The position numbers were made by a program, and so were the translations under genes. Below are positions 24,101 through 40,900 of a stretch of 64,000 nucleotides of DNA, piece by piece. A model generated the notes under the pieces. The model was not told the DNA's origin. It made no database searches and worked only from the letters and a program-made list of their open reading frames with translations. The first letter of the stretch is position 1. Each line of letters begins with the position of its first letter. The DNA comes from Centroscyllium fabricii (Eukaryota): NCBI GenBank assembly GCA_051313645.2, contig JBNRSN020000031.1, forward strand, positions 4,030,001 through 4,094,000. The letters are read 5' to 3'.

Positions 24101-27100
24101 TTGGCCCACAGGCATCTGGAAGGACTACCTATTATATTCAAGTAATCACATGCTGAATTATCATTGGACCAAAGGCATCTGTAAGGACAGCGTATTATAT
24201 TCAAGTAATCACATGTTGTGTTATCATTGGCCCACAGGCATCTGTAAGGACTACTTATTATATTCACGTAATCACATGCAGAGTTATCATTGGCCCACAG
24301 GCATCTGGAAGGACTACCTATTATATTCACGTAATCACATGCTGAGTTATCATTGGCCCACAGGCATCTGTAAGGACTACCTATTATATTCAGGTAATCA
24401 CATGCTGAATTATCATTGGCCCACAGGCATCTGTAAGGACTACCTATTATATTCACGTAATCTCATGCTGAGTTATCATTGGCCCGCAGGCATCTGCAAG
24501 GCTACCTATTATATTCACGTAATCACACGCTGAGTTTTCATTGGCCACATGCATCTATAAAGACTACCTATTATATTCATGTAATCACATGCTGAGTTAT
24601 CATTGGCCCACAGGCATCTGTAAGGACTACCTTTTATATTCACGTAATCACATGCTGAGTTATCATTGGCTCGCAGGCATCTGTAAGAACTACTATTATA
24701 TTCACGTAATCATATGCTGAGTTATCATTGGCCCACAGGCATCTGTAAGAACTACTATTATATTCACGTAATCATATGCCGAGTTATCATTGGCCCACAG
24801 GCATCTGTAAGGACTACCTATTATATCAACGTAATCATATGCTGAGTTATCATTGGCCCACAAGCATCTGTAAGGACAACCTATTATAATCACGTAATCA
24901 CATGCTGAGTTATCATTGGCCCACAGGCATCTGTAAGGACTACCTATTATATTCACGTAATCACATGCTGAGTTATCATTGGCCAACAGGCATCTGTAAG
25001 GACTACCAATTATATTCACGTAATCATATGCTGAGTTATCATCGGCCAACAGACATCTGTAAGGACTACCTATTGTATTCAAGTAATCACATGCTGAGTT
25101 ATCATTGGACCACAGGCATCTGGAAGGACTACCTATCATATTCACGTAATCACATGCTGAATTATCATTGGACCAAAGGCATCTGTAAGGACAGCCTATT
25201 ATATTCACGTAATCACATGTTGTGTTATCATTGGCCCACAGGCATCTGTAAGGACTACTTATTATATTCACGTAATCACATGCAGAGTTATCATTGGCCC
25301 ACAGGCATCTGGAAGGACTACCTATTATATTTACGTAATCACATGCTGAGTTCTCATTGGCCCACAGGCATCTGTAAGGACTACCTATTATATTCAGGTA
25401 ATCACATGCTGAATTATCATTGGCCCACAGGCATCTGTAAGGACTACCTATTATATTCACGTAATCACATGCTGAGTTATCATTGGCCCGCAGGCATCTG
25501 CAAGGATACCTATTATATTCACGTAATCACATGCTGAGTTAGCATTCGCCAAAGGCATCTGAAAGGACTACCTTTTATATTCACGTAATCACATGCTGTG
25601 TTATCATTGGCCCACAGGAATCTGTAAGGACTACCTATTATATTCACGTAATCACATGCTGAGATATCATTGGCCCACAGGCATCTGTAAGGACTACCTG
25701 TTATATTCAAGTTAATCACATGCTAAGTTATCATTGGCCCACAGGCATCTGTAAGGACTACCTATTATATTCACGTAATCACATGCTGAATTATCATTGG
25801 CCCACAGGCATCTGTAAGGACTACCAATTATATTCATGTGATCACATGCTGAGTTATCATTGGCCCACAGGCATCTGTAAGGACTACTATTGTAATCACG
25901 TAACCAAATGCTGAGTTATCATTGGCCCACAGGCATCTGTAAGGACTACTATTGTATTCAAGTAATCACATGCTGAGTTATCATTGGCCCGCAGGCATCT
26001 GTAAGGACTACCTATTATATTCACGTAATCACATGCTGAGTTATCATTGGCCCACAGGCATCTGTAAGGACTACTATTATATTCACGTAATCACATGATG
26101 AGTTATCATTGGCCCACTGGCATCTGTAAGGACGACTATTGTATTCACGTAATCAAATGCTGAGTTATCATTGGCCCCCAGGCATCTGTATGCTCTACTA
26201 TTGTATTCACGTAATCACATGCTGAGTTATCATTGGCCCGCAGGCATCTGTAAGATCTACCAATTATATTCACATAATCACATGCTGAGTTATTATTGGC
26301 CCACAGGCATCTGTATGAACTATTATTATATTCACGTAATCATATGCCGAGTTATCATTGGCCCACAGGCATCTGTAAGGACTACCTATTATATTCACGT
26401 AATCACATGCTGAGTTATCATTGGCCCAAAAGCATCTGTAAGATCTACCTATTATAATCACGTAATCACATGCTGAGTTATCATTGGCCCACAGGCATCT
26501 GTAAGGACTACCTATTATATTCACGTAATCGCATGCTGAGTTATCATTCGCCCGCAGGCATCTCTAAGGACTACCAATTATATTCACGTGATCACATGCT
26601 GAGTTATCATTGGCCCACAGGCATCTGTAAGGACTACTATTGTAATCACGTAACCAAATGCTGAGTTATCATTGGCCCACAGGCATCTGTAAGGACTACT
26701 ATTGTATTCAAGTAATCACATGCTGAGTTATCATTGGCCCACTGGCATCTGTAAGGACGACTATTGTATTCACGTAATCAAATGCTGAGTTATCATTGGC
26801 CCCCAGGCATCTGTATGGTCTACTATTGTATTCACGTAATCACATGATGAGTTATCATTGGCTCGCAGGCATCTGTAAGAACTACTATTATATTCACGTA
26901 ATCATATGCTGAGTTATCATTGGCCCACAGGCATCTGTAAGAACTACTATTATATTCACGTAATCATATGCCGAGTTATCATTGGCCCACAGGCATCTGT
27001 AAGGACTACCTATTATATTCACGTAATCATATGCTGAGTTATCATTGGCCCACAAGCATCTGTAAGGACTACCTATTATAATCACGTAATCACATGCTGA

Positions 27101-28650
27101 GTTATCATTGGCCCACAGGCATCTGTAAGGACTACCTATTATATTCACGTAATCACATGCTGAGTTATCATTGGCCAACAGGCATCTGTAAGGACTACTA
27201 TTGTATTCAAGTAATCACATGCTGAGTTATCATTGGCCCACTGGCATCTGTAAGGACGACTATTGTATTCACGTAATCAAATGCTGAGTTATCATTGGCC
27301 CCCAGGCATCTGTATGGTCTACTATTGTATTCACGTAATCACATGATGAGTTATCATTGGCTCGCAGGCATCTGTAAGAACTACTATTATATTCACGTAA
27401 TCATATGCTGAGTTATCATTGGCCCACAGGCATCTGTAAGAACTACTATTATATTCACGTAATCATATGCCGAGTTATCATTGGCCCACAGGGATCTGTA
27501 AGGACTACCTATTATATTCACGTAATCATATGCTGAGTTATCATTGGCCCACAAGCATCTGTAAGGTCTACCTATTATAATCACGTAATCACATGCTGAG
27601 TTATCATTGGCCCACAGGCATCTGTAAGGACTACCTATTATATTCACGTAATCACATGCTGAATTATCATTGGACCAAAGGCATCTGTAAGGACAGCCTA
27701 TTATACTCACGTAATCACATGTTGAGTTATCATTGGCCCACAGGCATCTGTAAGGGCTACTATTATATTCACGTAATCATATGCCGAGTTATCATTGGCC
27801 CACAGGCATCTGTAAGGACTACCTATTATATTCACGTAATCACATGCTGAGTTATCATTGGCCCACAAGCATCTGTAAGGACTACCTATTATAATCACGT
27901 AATCACATGCTGAGTTATCATTGGCCCACAGGCATCCGTAAGGACTACCTATTATATTCACGTAATCACATGCTGAGTTATCATTGGCCAACAGGCATCT
28001 GTAAGGACTACCAATTATATTCACGTAATCATATGCTGAGTTATCATCGGCCAACAGACATCTGTAAGGACTACCTATTGTATTCAAGTAATCACATGCT
28101 GAGTTATCATTGGCCCACAGGCATCTGGAAGGACTACCTATTATATTCAAGTAATCACATGCTGAATTATCATTGGACCAAAGGCATCTGTAAGGACAGC
28201 CTATTATATTCAAGTAATCACATGTTGTGTTATCATTGGCCCACAGGCATCTGTAAGGACTACTTATTATATTCACGTAATCACATGCAGAGTTATCATT
28301 GGCCCACAGGCATCTGGAAGGACTACCTATTATATTCACGTAATCACATGCTGAGTTATCATTGGCCCACAGGCATCTGTAAGGACTACCTATTATATTC
28401 AGGTAATCACATGCTGAATTATCATTGGCCCACAGGCATCTGTAAGGACTACCTATTATATTCACGTAATCTCATGCTGAGTTATCATTGGCCCGCAGGC
28501 ATCTGCAAGGCTACCTATTATATTCACGTAATCACACGCTGAGTTATCATTGGCCACAGGCATCTATAAAGACTACCTATTATATTCATGTAATCACATG
28601 CTGAGTTATCATTGGCCCACAGGCATCTGTAAGGACTACCTTTTATATTC
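20630..28650. repeat. 4009-bp (about 64-monomer) higher-order repeat, 2 tandem copies, each with a nested 499-bp duplication
   Basis: ORF pairs 20693/24702, 21510/25519, 22162/26171 and 23698/27707; nested offsets 22885/23384 and 26894/27393. Confidence 0.92.
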
Positions 28651-31600
28651 ACGTAACCACATGCTGAATTATCATTGGCCCACAGGCATCTGAAAGGACT
28701 ACCATTTATATTCACGTAATCACATGCTGAATTATCATTGGCCCAAAGCAATCTGTAAGGACTTCCTATTATATTCACGTAATCATATGCTGAGTTATCA
28801 TTGGCCCACAGGCATCTGTAAGAACTACTATTATATTCACGTAATCATATGCCGAGTTATCATTGGCCCACAGGCATCTGTAAGGACTACCTATTATATT
28901 CACGTAATCATATGCTGAGTTATCATTGGCCCACAAGCATCTGTAAGGACTACCCATTATAATCACGTAATCACTTGCTGAGTTATCATTGGCCCACAGG
29001 CATCTGTAAGGACTACCTATTATATTCACGTAATCACATGCTGAGTTATCATTGGCCAACAGGCATCTGTAAGGACTACCAATTATATTCACGTAATCAT
29101 ATGCTGAGTTATCATCGGCCAACAGACATCTGTAAGGACTACCTATTGTATTCAAGTAATCACATGCTGAGTTATCATTGGCCCACAGGCATCTGGAAGG
29201 ACTACCTATTATATTCACGTAATCACATGCTGAATTATCATTGGACCAAAGGCATCTGTAAGGACAGCCTATTATATTCACGTAATCACATGTTGAGTTA
29301 TCATTGGCCCACAGGCATCTGTAAGGACTACTATTATATTCACGTAATCATATGCCGAGTTATCATTGGCCCACAGGCATCTGTAAGGACTACCTATTAT
29401 ATTCACGTAATCACATGCTGAGTTATCATTGGCCCACAAGCATCTGTAAGGACTACCTATTATAATCACTTAATCACATGCTGAGTTATCATTGGCCCAC
29501 AGGCATCCGTAAGGACTACCTATTATATTCACGTAATCACATGCTGAGTTATCATTGGCCAACAGGCATCTGTAAGGACTACCAATTATATTCACGTAAT
29601 CATATGCTGAGTTATCATCGGCCAACAGACATCTGTAAGGACTACCTATTGTATTCAAGTAATCACATGCTGAGTTATCATTGGCCCACAGGCATCTGAA
29701 AGGACTACCTATTATATTAACGTAATCACATGCTGAATTATCATTGGACCAAAGGCATCTGTAAGGACAGCCTATTATATTCACGTAATCACATGTTGGT
29801 TTATCATTGGCCCACAGGCATCTGTAAGGACTACTTATTATATTCACGTAATCACATGCAGAGTTATCATTGGCCCACAGGCATCTGGAAGGACTACCTA
29901 TTATATTCACGTAATCACATGCTGAGTTATCATTGGCCCACAGGCATCTGTAAGGACTACCTATTATATTCAGGTAATCACATGCTGAATTATCCTTGGC
30001 CCACAGGCATCTGTAAGGACTACCTATTATATTCACGTAATCACATGCTGAGTTATCATTGGCCCGCAGGCATCTGCAAGGCTACCTATTATATTCACGT
30101 AATCACATGCTGAGTTATCATTGGCCACAGGCATCTGTAAAGACTACCTATTATATTCATGTAATCACATGCTGAGTTATCTTTGGCCCACAGGCATCTG
30201 TAAGGACTACCTTTTATATTCACGTAATCACATGCTGAATTATCATTGCCCCACAGGCATCTGAAAGGACTACATTTTATATTCACGTAATCACATGCTG
30301 AATTATCATTGGCCCAAAGCAATCTGTAAGGACTTCCTATTATATTCACGTAATCACATGCTGAGTTATCATTGGCCCACAGGCATCTGTAAGGACTACC
30401 TATTATATTCACGTAATCACATGCTGAGATATCATTGGCCCACAGGCATCTGTAAGGACTACCTATTATATACACGTAATCACATGCTAAGTTATCATTT
30501 GCCCACAGGCATCTGTAAGGACTACCTTTTATATTCACGTAATCCCATGCTGAATTATCATTGGCCCACAGGCATCTGTAAGGACTACCAATTATATTCA
30601 CGTGATCACATGCTGAGTTATCATTGGCCCACAGGCATCTGTAAGGACTACTATTGTAATCACGTAAACAAATGCTGAGTTATCATTGGCCCACAGGCAT
30701 CTGTAAGGACTACTATTGTATTCAAGTAATCACATGCTGAGTTATCATTGGTCCGCAGGCATCTGTAAGGACTACCTATTATATTCACGTAATCACACGC
30801 TGAGTTATCATTGGCCCACAGGCATCTGTAAGGACTACTATTATATTCACGTAATCACATGCTGAGTTATCATTGGCCCACTGGCATCTGTAAGGACGAC
30901 TATTGTATTCAAGTAATCAAATGCTGAGTTATCATTGGCCCCCAGGCATCTGTATGATCTACTATTGTATTCACGTAATCACATGCTGAGTTATCATTGG
31001 CCCGCAGGCATCTGTAAGGTCTACCTATTATATTCACATAATCACATGCTGAGTTATCATTGGCCCACAGGCATCTGTATGAACTATTATTATATTCACG
31101 TAATCGTATGCCGAGTTATCATTGGCCCACAGGCATCTGTAAGGACAACCTATTATATTCACGTAATCACATGCTGAGTTATCATTGGCCCACAAGCATC
31201 TGTAAGGACTACCTATTATAATCACGTCATCACATGCTGAGTTATCATTGGCCCACAGGCATCTGTAGGGACTACCTATTATATTCACGTAATCACATGC
31301 TGAGTTATCATTGGCCAACAGGCATCTGTAAGGACTACCAATTATATTCACGTAATCTTATGCCGAGTTATCATCGGCCAACAGACATCTGTAAGGACTA
31401 CCTATTGTATTCAAGTAATCACATGCTGAGTTATCATTGGCCCACAGGCATCTGGAAGGACTACCTATTATATTCACGTAATCACATGCTGAATTATCAT
31501 TGGACCAAAGGCATCTGTAAGGACAGCCTATTATATTCACGTAATCACATGTTGAGTTATCATTCTCCCACAGGCATCTGTAAGGACTACTTATTATATT

Positions 31601-31919
31601 CACGTAATCACATGCTGAGTTATCATTGGCACACAGGCATCTGGAAGGACTACCTATTATATTCACGTAATCACATGCTGAGTTATCATTGGCCCACAGG
31701 CATCTGTAAGGACTACCTATTATATTCAGGTAATCACATGCTGAATTATCATTGGCCCACAGGCATCTGTAAGGACTACCTGTTATATTCACGTAATCAC
31801 TTGCTGAGTTATCATTGTCCCGCAGGCATCTGCAAGGACTACCTATTATATTCACGTAATCACATGCTGAGTTATCATTGGCCACAGGCATCTGTAAAGA
31901 CTACCTATTATATTCACGT

Positions 31920-34900
31920 AATCACATGCTGAGTTATCATTGGCCCACAGGCATCTGTAAGGACTACCTTTTATATTCACGTAATCACATGCTGAATTAT
32001 CATTGGCCCACAGGCATCTGTAAGGACAACCTGTTATATTCACGTAATCACATGCTGAGTTATCATTGGCCCACAGGCATCTGTAAGGACTACTTATTAT
32101 ATTCACGTAATCACATGCTGAGATATCATTGGCGCACAGGCATCTGGAAGGACTACCTATTATATTCACGTAATCACATGCTGAATTATCATTGGACCAA
32201 AGGCATCTGTAAGGACTACATATTATATTCACGTAATCACATGTTGAGTTATCTTTGGCCCGCAGGCATCTGTAAGGACTACCAATTATATTCACGTGAT
32301 CACATGCTGAGTTATCATTGGCCCACAGGCATCTGTAAGGACTACTATTGTTTTCACGTAATCAAATGCTGAGTTATCATTGGCCCACAGGCATCTGTAA
32401 GGACTACCGATTATATTCACGTAATCACATGCTAAGTTATCATTGGCCCACAGGCATCTGGAAGGACTACCTATTATATTCACGTAATCACATGCTGAGT
32501 TATCATTGGCCCACAGGCATCTGTAAGGACTACCTATTATATTCAGGTATTTACATGCTGAATTATCATTGGCCCACAGGCATCTGTAAGGACTACCTAT
32601 TATATTCACCTAATCACATGCCGAGTTATCATTGGCCCGCAGGCATCTGCAAGGACTACCTATTATATTCACGTAATCACATGCTGAGTTATCATTCGCC
32701 ACAGGCGTCTGTAAAGACTACCTATTATATTCACGTAATCACATGCTGAGTTATCATTGGCCCACAGGCATCTGTAAGGACTACCTTTTATATTCACGTA
32801 ATCACATGCTGAATTATCATTGGCCCACAGGCATCTGTAAGGACAACCTGTTATATTCACGTAATCACATGCTGAATTATCATTGGCCCACAGGCATCTG
32901 TAATGACTACCTATTATATTTACGTAATCAAATGCTGAGTTATCATTGGCCCGCAGGCATCTGTAAAGACTACCAATTATATTCACGTGATCAAATACTG
33001 AGTTATCATTGGCCCACAGGCATCTGTAAGGACTACTATTGTACTCAATTAACCAAATGCTGAGTTTTCATTGGCCCACAGGCATCTGTAAGGACTACTA
33101 TTGTATTCACGTAATCACATGCTGAGTTATCATTGGCCCGTAGGCATCTGTAAGGACTACTTATTATATTCACGTAATCACATGCTGAATTACCATTGCC
33201 CACAGGTATCTGTAAGTGTTACCTATTATATTCACGTAATCACATGCTGAGTTATCATTGGCCCACAGGCACCTGTAAGGACTACCAATTATATTCACGT
33301 GATCACATGCTGAGTGATCATTGGCCCACAGGCATCTGTAAGGACTACTATTGTTTTCACGTAATCAAATGCTGAGTTATCATTGGCCCACAGGCATCTG
33401 TAAGGACTACCTATTATATTCAGGTAATCACATGCTGAATTATCATTGGCCCACAGGCATCTGTAAGGACTACTATTGTATTCACGTAATCACATGCTGA
33501 GTTATCATTGGCCCGCAGGCATCTGTAAGGGCTACCTATTATATTCACGTAATCACATGCTGAGTTATCATTGGCCCACAGGCATCTGTAAGGACTACTA
33601 TTATATTCACGTAATCATATGCTGAGTTATCATTGGCCCACAGGCATCTGTAAGGACTACCTATTATATTCACGTAATCACATGCTGAGTTATCATTGGC
33701 CCACAGGCATCTGTAAGGACTACCTATTATAATCACATAATCACATGCTGAGTTATCATTGGCCCACAGGCATCTGTAAGGACTACCTATTATATTCACG
33801 TAATCACATGCTGAATTACATTGGCCCACAGGCATTTGTAAGGACGACTATGGTATTCACGTAATCAAATGCTGAGTTATCATTGGCCCACAGGCATCTG
33901 TAAGGACTACCTATTATCTTCACGTAATCACATGCTGAGATATCATTGGCCCACAGGCATCTGTAAGGACTACCTATTATATTCATTTAATCACTTGCTA
34001 AGTTATCATTGGCCCACAGGCATCTGTAAGGACTACCTATTATATTCACGTAATCACATGCTGAATTATCATTGGCCCACAGGCATCTGTAAGGACTACC
34101 AATTATATTCACGTGATCACATGCTGAGTTATCATTGGCCCACAGGCATCTGTAAGGACTACTATTGTATTCACGTAACCAAATGCTGAGTTATTATTGG
34201 CACACAGGCATTTTTAAGGACTACTATTGTATTCACGTAATCACATGCTGAGTTATCATTGGCCCGCAGGCATCTGTAAGGACTACCTATTATATTCACG
34301 TAATCACACGCTGAGTTATCATTGGCCCACAGGCATCTGTAAGGACAACTATTATATTCACGTAATCACATGCTGAGTTATCATTGGCACACAGGCATCT
34401 GTAGGGATGACTATTGTATTCACGTAATCAAATGCTGAGTTATCATTGGCCCACAGGCATCTGTATGGTCTACTATTGTATTCACGTAATCACATGCTGA
34501 GTTATCATTGGCCCGCAGGCATCTGTAAGGACTACCTATTATATTCACATAATCACATGCTGAGTTATCATTCGCCCACAGGCATCTGTAAGGACTACTA
34601 TTATATTCACGTAATCATATGCTGAGTTATAATTAGCCCACAGGCATCTGTAAGGACTAACTATTATATTAACGTAATCACATGCTGAGTTATCATTGGC
34701 CCACAGGCATCTGTATGGACTACCTTTTATATTCACATAATCAAATCCTGAGTTATCATTGGACCACAGGCATCTGTAAAGACTACCTTTTATATTCACG
34801 TAATCACATGCTGAATTATCATTGGCCCACAGGCATCTGGAAGGACTACCTATTATATTCACGTAATCACATTCTGATTTATCATTGGCCCACAGGCATC

Positions 34901-37900
34901 TGGAAGGACTACCTATTATATTCAAGTAATCACATGTTGAGTTATCATTGGCCCACAGGCATCTGTAAGGACTACCTATTATATTCAGGTAATCACATGC
35001 TGAATTATCATTGCCCACAGGCATCTGTAAGGACTACCTATTATATTCACGTAATCACATGCTGAGTTATCATTGCCCCACTGGCATCTGTATGGACTAC
35101 CTATTATATTCACGTAATCACATGCTGAGTTATCATCGGCCCACAGGCATCTGTAAGGACTACCTATTATATTCACGTAATCACATGCTGAGTTATCATT
35201 GGCCCACAGGCATCTGGAAGGACTAACTATTATATTCACGTAATCACATGCTGAGTTATCATTGGCCCAATGGCATCTGTAAGGACTACTATTGTATTCA
35301 CTTAACCACATGCTGAGTTATCATTGGCCGCAGGCATCTGTAAGGACTACCCATTATATTCACGTAATCACATGCTGTGTTATCATTGGCCCATAGGCAT
35401 CTGTAAGGACTGCTATTGTATTTACGTAATCAAATGCTGAGTTATTATTGGCCTGCAGCCATCTGTAAGGACAACTATTATATTCACGTAATCACATGCT
35501 GAGTTATCATTGGCCCACAGGCATCTGTAAGGACTACCTATTATATTCACGTAATCACATGCTGAGTTATCATTGGCCCACAGGCATCTGTAAGGACTAC
35601 CCATTATATTCACGTAATCACATGCTGAGTTACCATTGGCCCACAGGCATCTGTAAGGACTACTATTGTATTCACATAATCAAATGCTGAGTTATTATTT
35701 CCCTGCAGGCATCTGTAAGGACTAATATTGTATTCACGTAATCAAATGCGGAGTTATCATTGGCCCACAGGCATCTGTAAGGTCTGCTATTGTATTCACG
35801 TAATCACATGCTGAGTTATCATTGGCACGCAGGCATCTGTAAGGACTACCTATTATATTCACGTAATCACACGCTGAGTTATCATTGGCCCACAGGTATC
35901 TGAAAGGACTACTATTATATTCACGTAATCACATGCTGAGTTATCATTGGCCCACTGTCATCTGTAAGGACTACTATTGTATTCACGTAATCAAATGCTG
36001 AGTTATCATTGGCCCACAGGCATCTGTAAGGACTACTATTGTATTCACTTAATCACATGCTGAGTTATCATTGACCCGCAGGCATCTGTAAGGAATACCT
36101 ATTATATTCACGTAATCACATGCTGAATTATCATTGGACCAAAGGCATCTGTAAGGACTACCTATTATATTCACGTAATCACATGTTGAGTTATCATTGG
36201 CCCACAGGCATCTGTAAGGACTTCCTATTATATTCACGTAATCACAAGCTGAATTATCATTGCCCACAGGCATCTGTAAGGACTACCTATTATATTCACG
36301 TAATCACATGCTGAGTTATCATTGGCCCACTGGCATCTGTAAGGACTACTATTGTATTAACTTAACCACATGCTGAGTTATCATTGGCCGGAGGCATCTG
36401 TAAGGACTACCTATTATATTCACGTAATCACATGCTGAGTTATCATTGGCCCACAGGCATCTGTAAGGACTACCTTTTATATTCACGTAATCACATGCTG
36501 AATTATCATTGGACCAAAGGCATCTGTAAGGACTACCTATTATATTCACGTAATCATTGTTGAGTTATCATTGGCCCACAGGCATCTGTAAGGACTACCT
36601 TTTATATTCACGTAATCACATGCTGAATTATCATTGGCCCACAGGCATCTGTAAGGACAACCTGTTATATTCACGTAATCACATGCTGAGTTATCATTGG
36701 CCCCCAGGCATCTGTAAGGACTACCTATTATATTCACGTAATCACATGCTGAGATATCATTGGCCCACAGGCATCTGGAAGGACTACCTATTATATTCAC
36801 GTAATCACATGCTGAATTATCATTGGACCAAAGGCATCTGTAAGGACTACATATTATATTCACGTAATCACATGTTGAGTTATCTTTGGCCCGCAGGCAT
36901 CTGTAAGGACTACCAATTATATTCACGTGATCACATGCTGAGTTATCATTGGCCCACAGGCATCTGTAAGGACTACTATTGTTTTCACGTAATCAAATGC
37001 TGAGTTATCATTGGCCCACAGGCATCTGTAAGGACTACCGATTATATTCACGTAATCACATGCTGAGTTATCATTGGCCCACAGGCATCTGGAAGGACTA
37101 CCTATTATATTCACGTAATCACATGCTGAGTTATCATTGGCCCACAGGCATCTGTAAGGACTAACTATTATATTCAGGTATTTACATGCTGAATTATCAT
37201 TGGCCCACAGGCATCTGTAAGGACTACCTATTATATTCACCTAATCACATGCCGAGTTATCATTGGCCCGCAGGCATCTGCAAGGACTACCTATTATATT
37301 CACGTAATCACATGCTGAGTTATCATTCGCCACAGGCGTCTGTAAAGACTACCTATTATATTCACGTAATCACATGCTGAGTTATCATTGGCCCACAGGC
37401 ATCTGTAAGGACTACCTTTTATATTCACGTAATCACATGCTGAATTATCATTGGCCCACACGCATCTGTAAGGACAACCTGTTATATTCACGTAATCACA
37501 TGCTGAATTATCATTGGCCCACAGGCATCTGTAATGACTACCTATTATATTTACGTAATCAAATGCTGAGTTATCATTGGCCCGCAGGCATCTGCAAAGA
37601 CTACCAATTATATTCACGTGATCAAATGCTGAGTTATCATTGGCCCACAGGCATCTGTAAGGACTACTATTGTACTCAATTAACCAAATGCTGAGTTTTC
37701 ATTGGCCCACAGGCATCTGTAAGGACTACTATTGTATTCACGTAATCACATGCTGAGTTATCATTGGCCCGTAGGCATCTGTAAGGACTACCTATTATAT
37801 TCACGTAATCACATGCTGAATTACCATTGCCCACAGGTATCTGTAAGTGTTACCTATTATATTCACGTAATCACATGCTGAGTTATCATTGGCCCACAGG

Positions 37901-40900
37901 CATCTGTAAGGACTACCTATTATATTCACGTAATCACATGCTGAATTATCATTGGCCCGCAGGCATCTGTAAGGACTACCAATTATATTCACGTGATCAC
38001 ATGCTGAGTGATCATTGGCCCACAGGCATCTGTAAGGACTACTATTGTTTTCACGTAATCAAATGCTGAGTTATCATTGGCCCACAGGCATCTGTAAGGA
38101 CTACCTATTATATTCAGGTAATCACATGCTGAATTATCATTGGCCCACAGGCATCTGTAAGGATTACTATTGTATTCACGTAATCACATGCTGAGTTATC
38201 ATTGGCCCGCAGGCATCTGTAAGGGCTACCTATTATATTCACGTAATCACATGCTGAGTTATCATTGGCCCACAGGCATCTGTAAGGACTACTATTATAT
38301 TCACGTAATCATATGCTGAGTTATCATTGGCCCACAGGCATCTGTAAGGACTACCTATTATATTCACGTAATCACATGCTGAGTTATCATTGGCCCACAG
38401 GCATCTGTAAGGACTACCTATTATAATCACATAATCACATGCTGAGTAATCATTGGCCCACAGGCATCTGTAAGGACTACCTATTATATTCACGTAATCA
38501 CATGCTGAATTACATTGGCCCACAGGCATTTGTAAGGACGACTATGGTATTCACGTAATCAAATGCTGAGTTATCATTGGCCCACAGGCATCTGTAAGGA
38601 CTACCTATTATCTTCACGTAATCACATGCTGAGATATCATTGGCCTACAGGCATCTGTAAGGACTACCTATTATATTCATTTAATCACTTGCTAAGTTAT
38701 CATTGGCCCACAGGCATCTGTAAGGACTACCAATTATATTCACGTGATCACATGCTGAGTTATCATTGGCCCACAGGCATCTGTAAGGACTACTATTGTA
38801 TTCACGTAACCAAATGCTGAGTTATTATTGGCACACAGGCATTTTTAAGGACTACTATTGTATTCACGTAATCACATGCTGAGTTATCATTGGCCCGCAG
38901 GCATCTGTAAGGACTACCTATTATATTCACGTAATCACACGCTGAGTTATCATTGGCCCACAGGCATCTGTAAGGACAACTATTATATTCACGTAATCAC
39001 ATGCTGAGTTATCATTGGCACACAGGCATCTGTAAGGACGACTATTGTATTCACGTAATCAAATGCTGAGTTATCATTGGCCCACAGGCATCTGTATGGT
39101 CTACTATTGTATTCACGTAATCACATGCTGAGTTATCATTGGCCCGCAGGCATCTGTAAGGACTACCTATTATATTCACATAATCACATGCTGAGTTATC
39201 ATTCGCCCACAGGCATCTGTAAGGACTACTATTATATTCACGTAATCATATGCTGAGTTATCATTGGCCCACAGGCATCTGTAAGGACTACCTATTATAT
39301 TCACGTAATCACATGCTGAGTTATCATTGGCCCACAGGCATCTGTATGGACTACCTTTTATATTCACATAATCAAATCCTGAGTTATCATTGGACCACAG
39401 GCATCTGTAAAGACTACCTTTTATATTCACGTAATCACATGCTGAATTATCATTGGCCCACAGGCATCTGGAAGGACTACCTATTATATTCACGTAATCA
39501 CATTCTGATTTATCATTGGCCCACAGGCATCTGGAAGGACTACCTATTATATTCAAGTAATCACATGTTGAGTTATCATTGGCCCACAGGCATCTGTAAG
39601 GACTACCTATTATATTCAGGTAATCACATGCTGAATTATCATTGCCCACAGGCATCTGTAAGGACTACATATTATATTCACGTAATCACATGCTGAGTTA
39701 TCATTGCCCCACTGGCATCTGTATGGACTACCTATTATATTCACGTAATCACATGCTGAGTTATCATCGGCCCACAGGCATCTGTAAGGACTACCTATTA
39801 TAGTCACGTAATCACATGCTGAGTTATCATTGGCCCACAGGCATCTGGAAGCACTACCTATAATATTCACCTAATCACATGCTGATTTATCATTGGACCA
39901 AAGGCATCTGTAAGGACTACTATTGTATTCACGTAATCACATGCTGAGATATCATTGGCCCACAGGCATCTGTAAGGACTACCTATTATATTTACGTAAT
40001 CACATGCTAAGTTATCATTGGCCCACAGGCATCTGGAAGGACTAACTATTATATTCACGTAATCACATGCTGAGTTATCATTGGCCCAATGGCATCTGTA
40101 AGGACTACTATTGTATTCACTTAACCACATGCTGAGTTATCATTGGCCGCAGGCATCTGTAAGGACTACCCATTATATTCACGTAATCACATGCTGTGTT
40201 ATCATTGGCCCATAGGCATCTGTAAGGACTGCTATTGTATTTACGTAATCAAATGCTGAGTTATTATTGGCCTGCAGCCATCTGTAAGGACAACTATTAT
40301 ATTCACGTAATCACATGCTGAGTTATCATTGGCCCACAGGCATCTGTAAGGACTACCTATTATATTCACGTAATCACATGCTGAGTTATCATTGGCCCAC
40401 AGGCATCTGTAAGGACTACCCATTATATTCACGTAATCACATGCTGAGTTACCATTGGCCCACAGGCATCTGTAAGGACTACTATTGTATTCACATAATC
40501 AAATGCTGAGTTAATATTGGCCTGCAGGCATCTGTAAGGACTAATATTATATTCACGTAATCAAATGCGGAGTTATCATTGGCCCACAGGCATCTGTAAG
40601 GTCTGCTATTGTATTCACGTAATCACATGCTGAGTTATCATTGGCACGCAGGCATCTGTAAGGACTACCTATTATATTCACGTAATCACACGCTGAGTTA
40701 TCATTGGCCCACAGGTATCTGAAAGGACTACTATTATATTCACGTAATCACATGCTGAGTTATCATTGGCCCACTGTCATCTGTAAGGACTACTATTGTA
40801 TTCACGTAATCAAATGCTGAGTTATCATTGGCCCACAGGCATCTGTAAGGACTACTATTGTATTCACTTAATCACATGCTGAGTTATCATTGACCCGCAG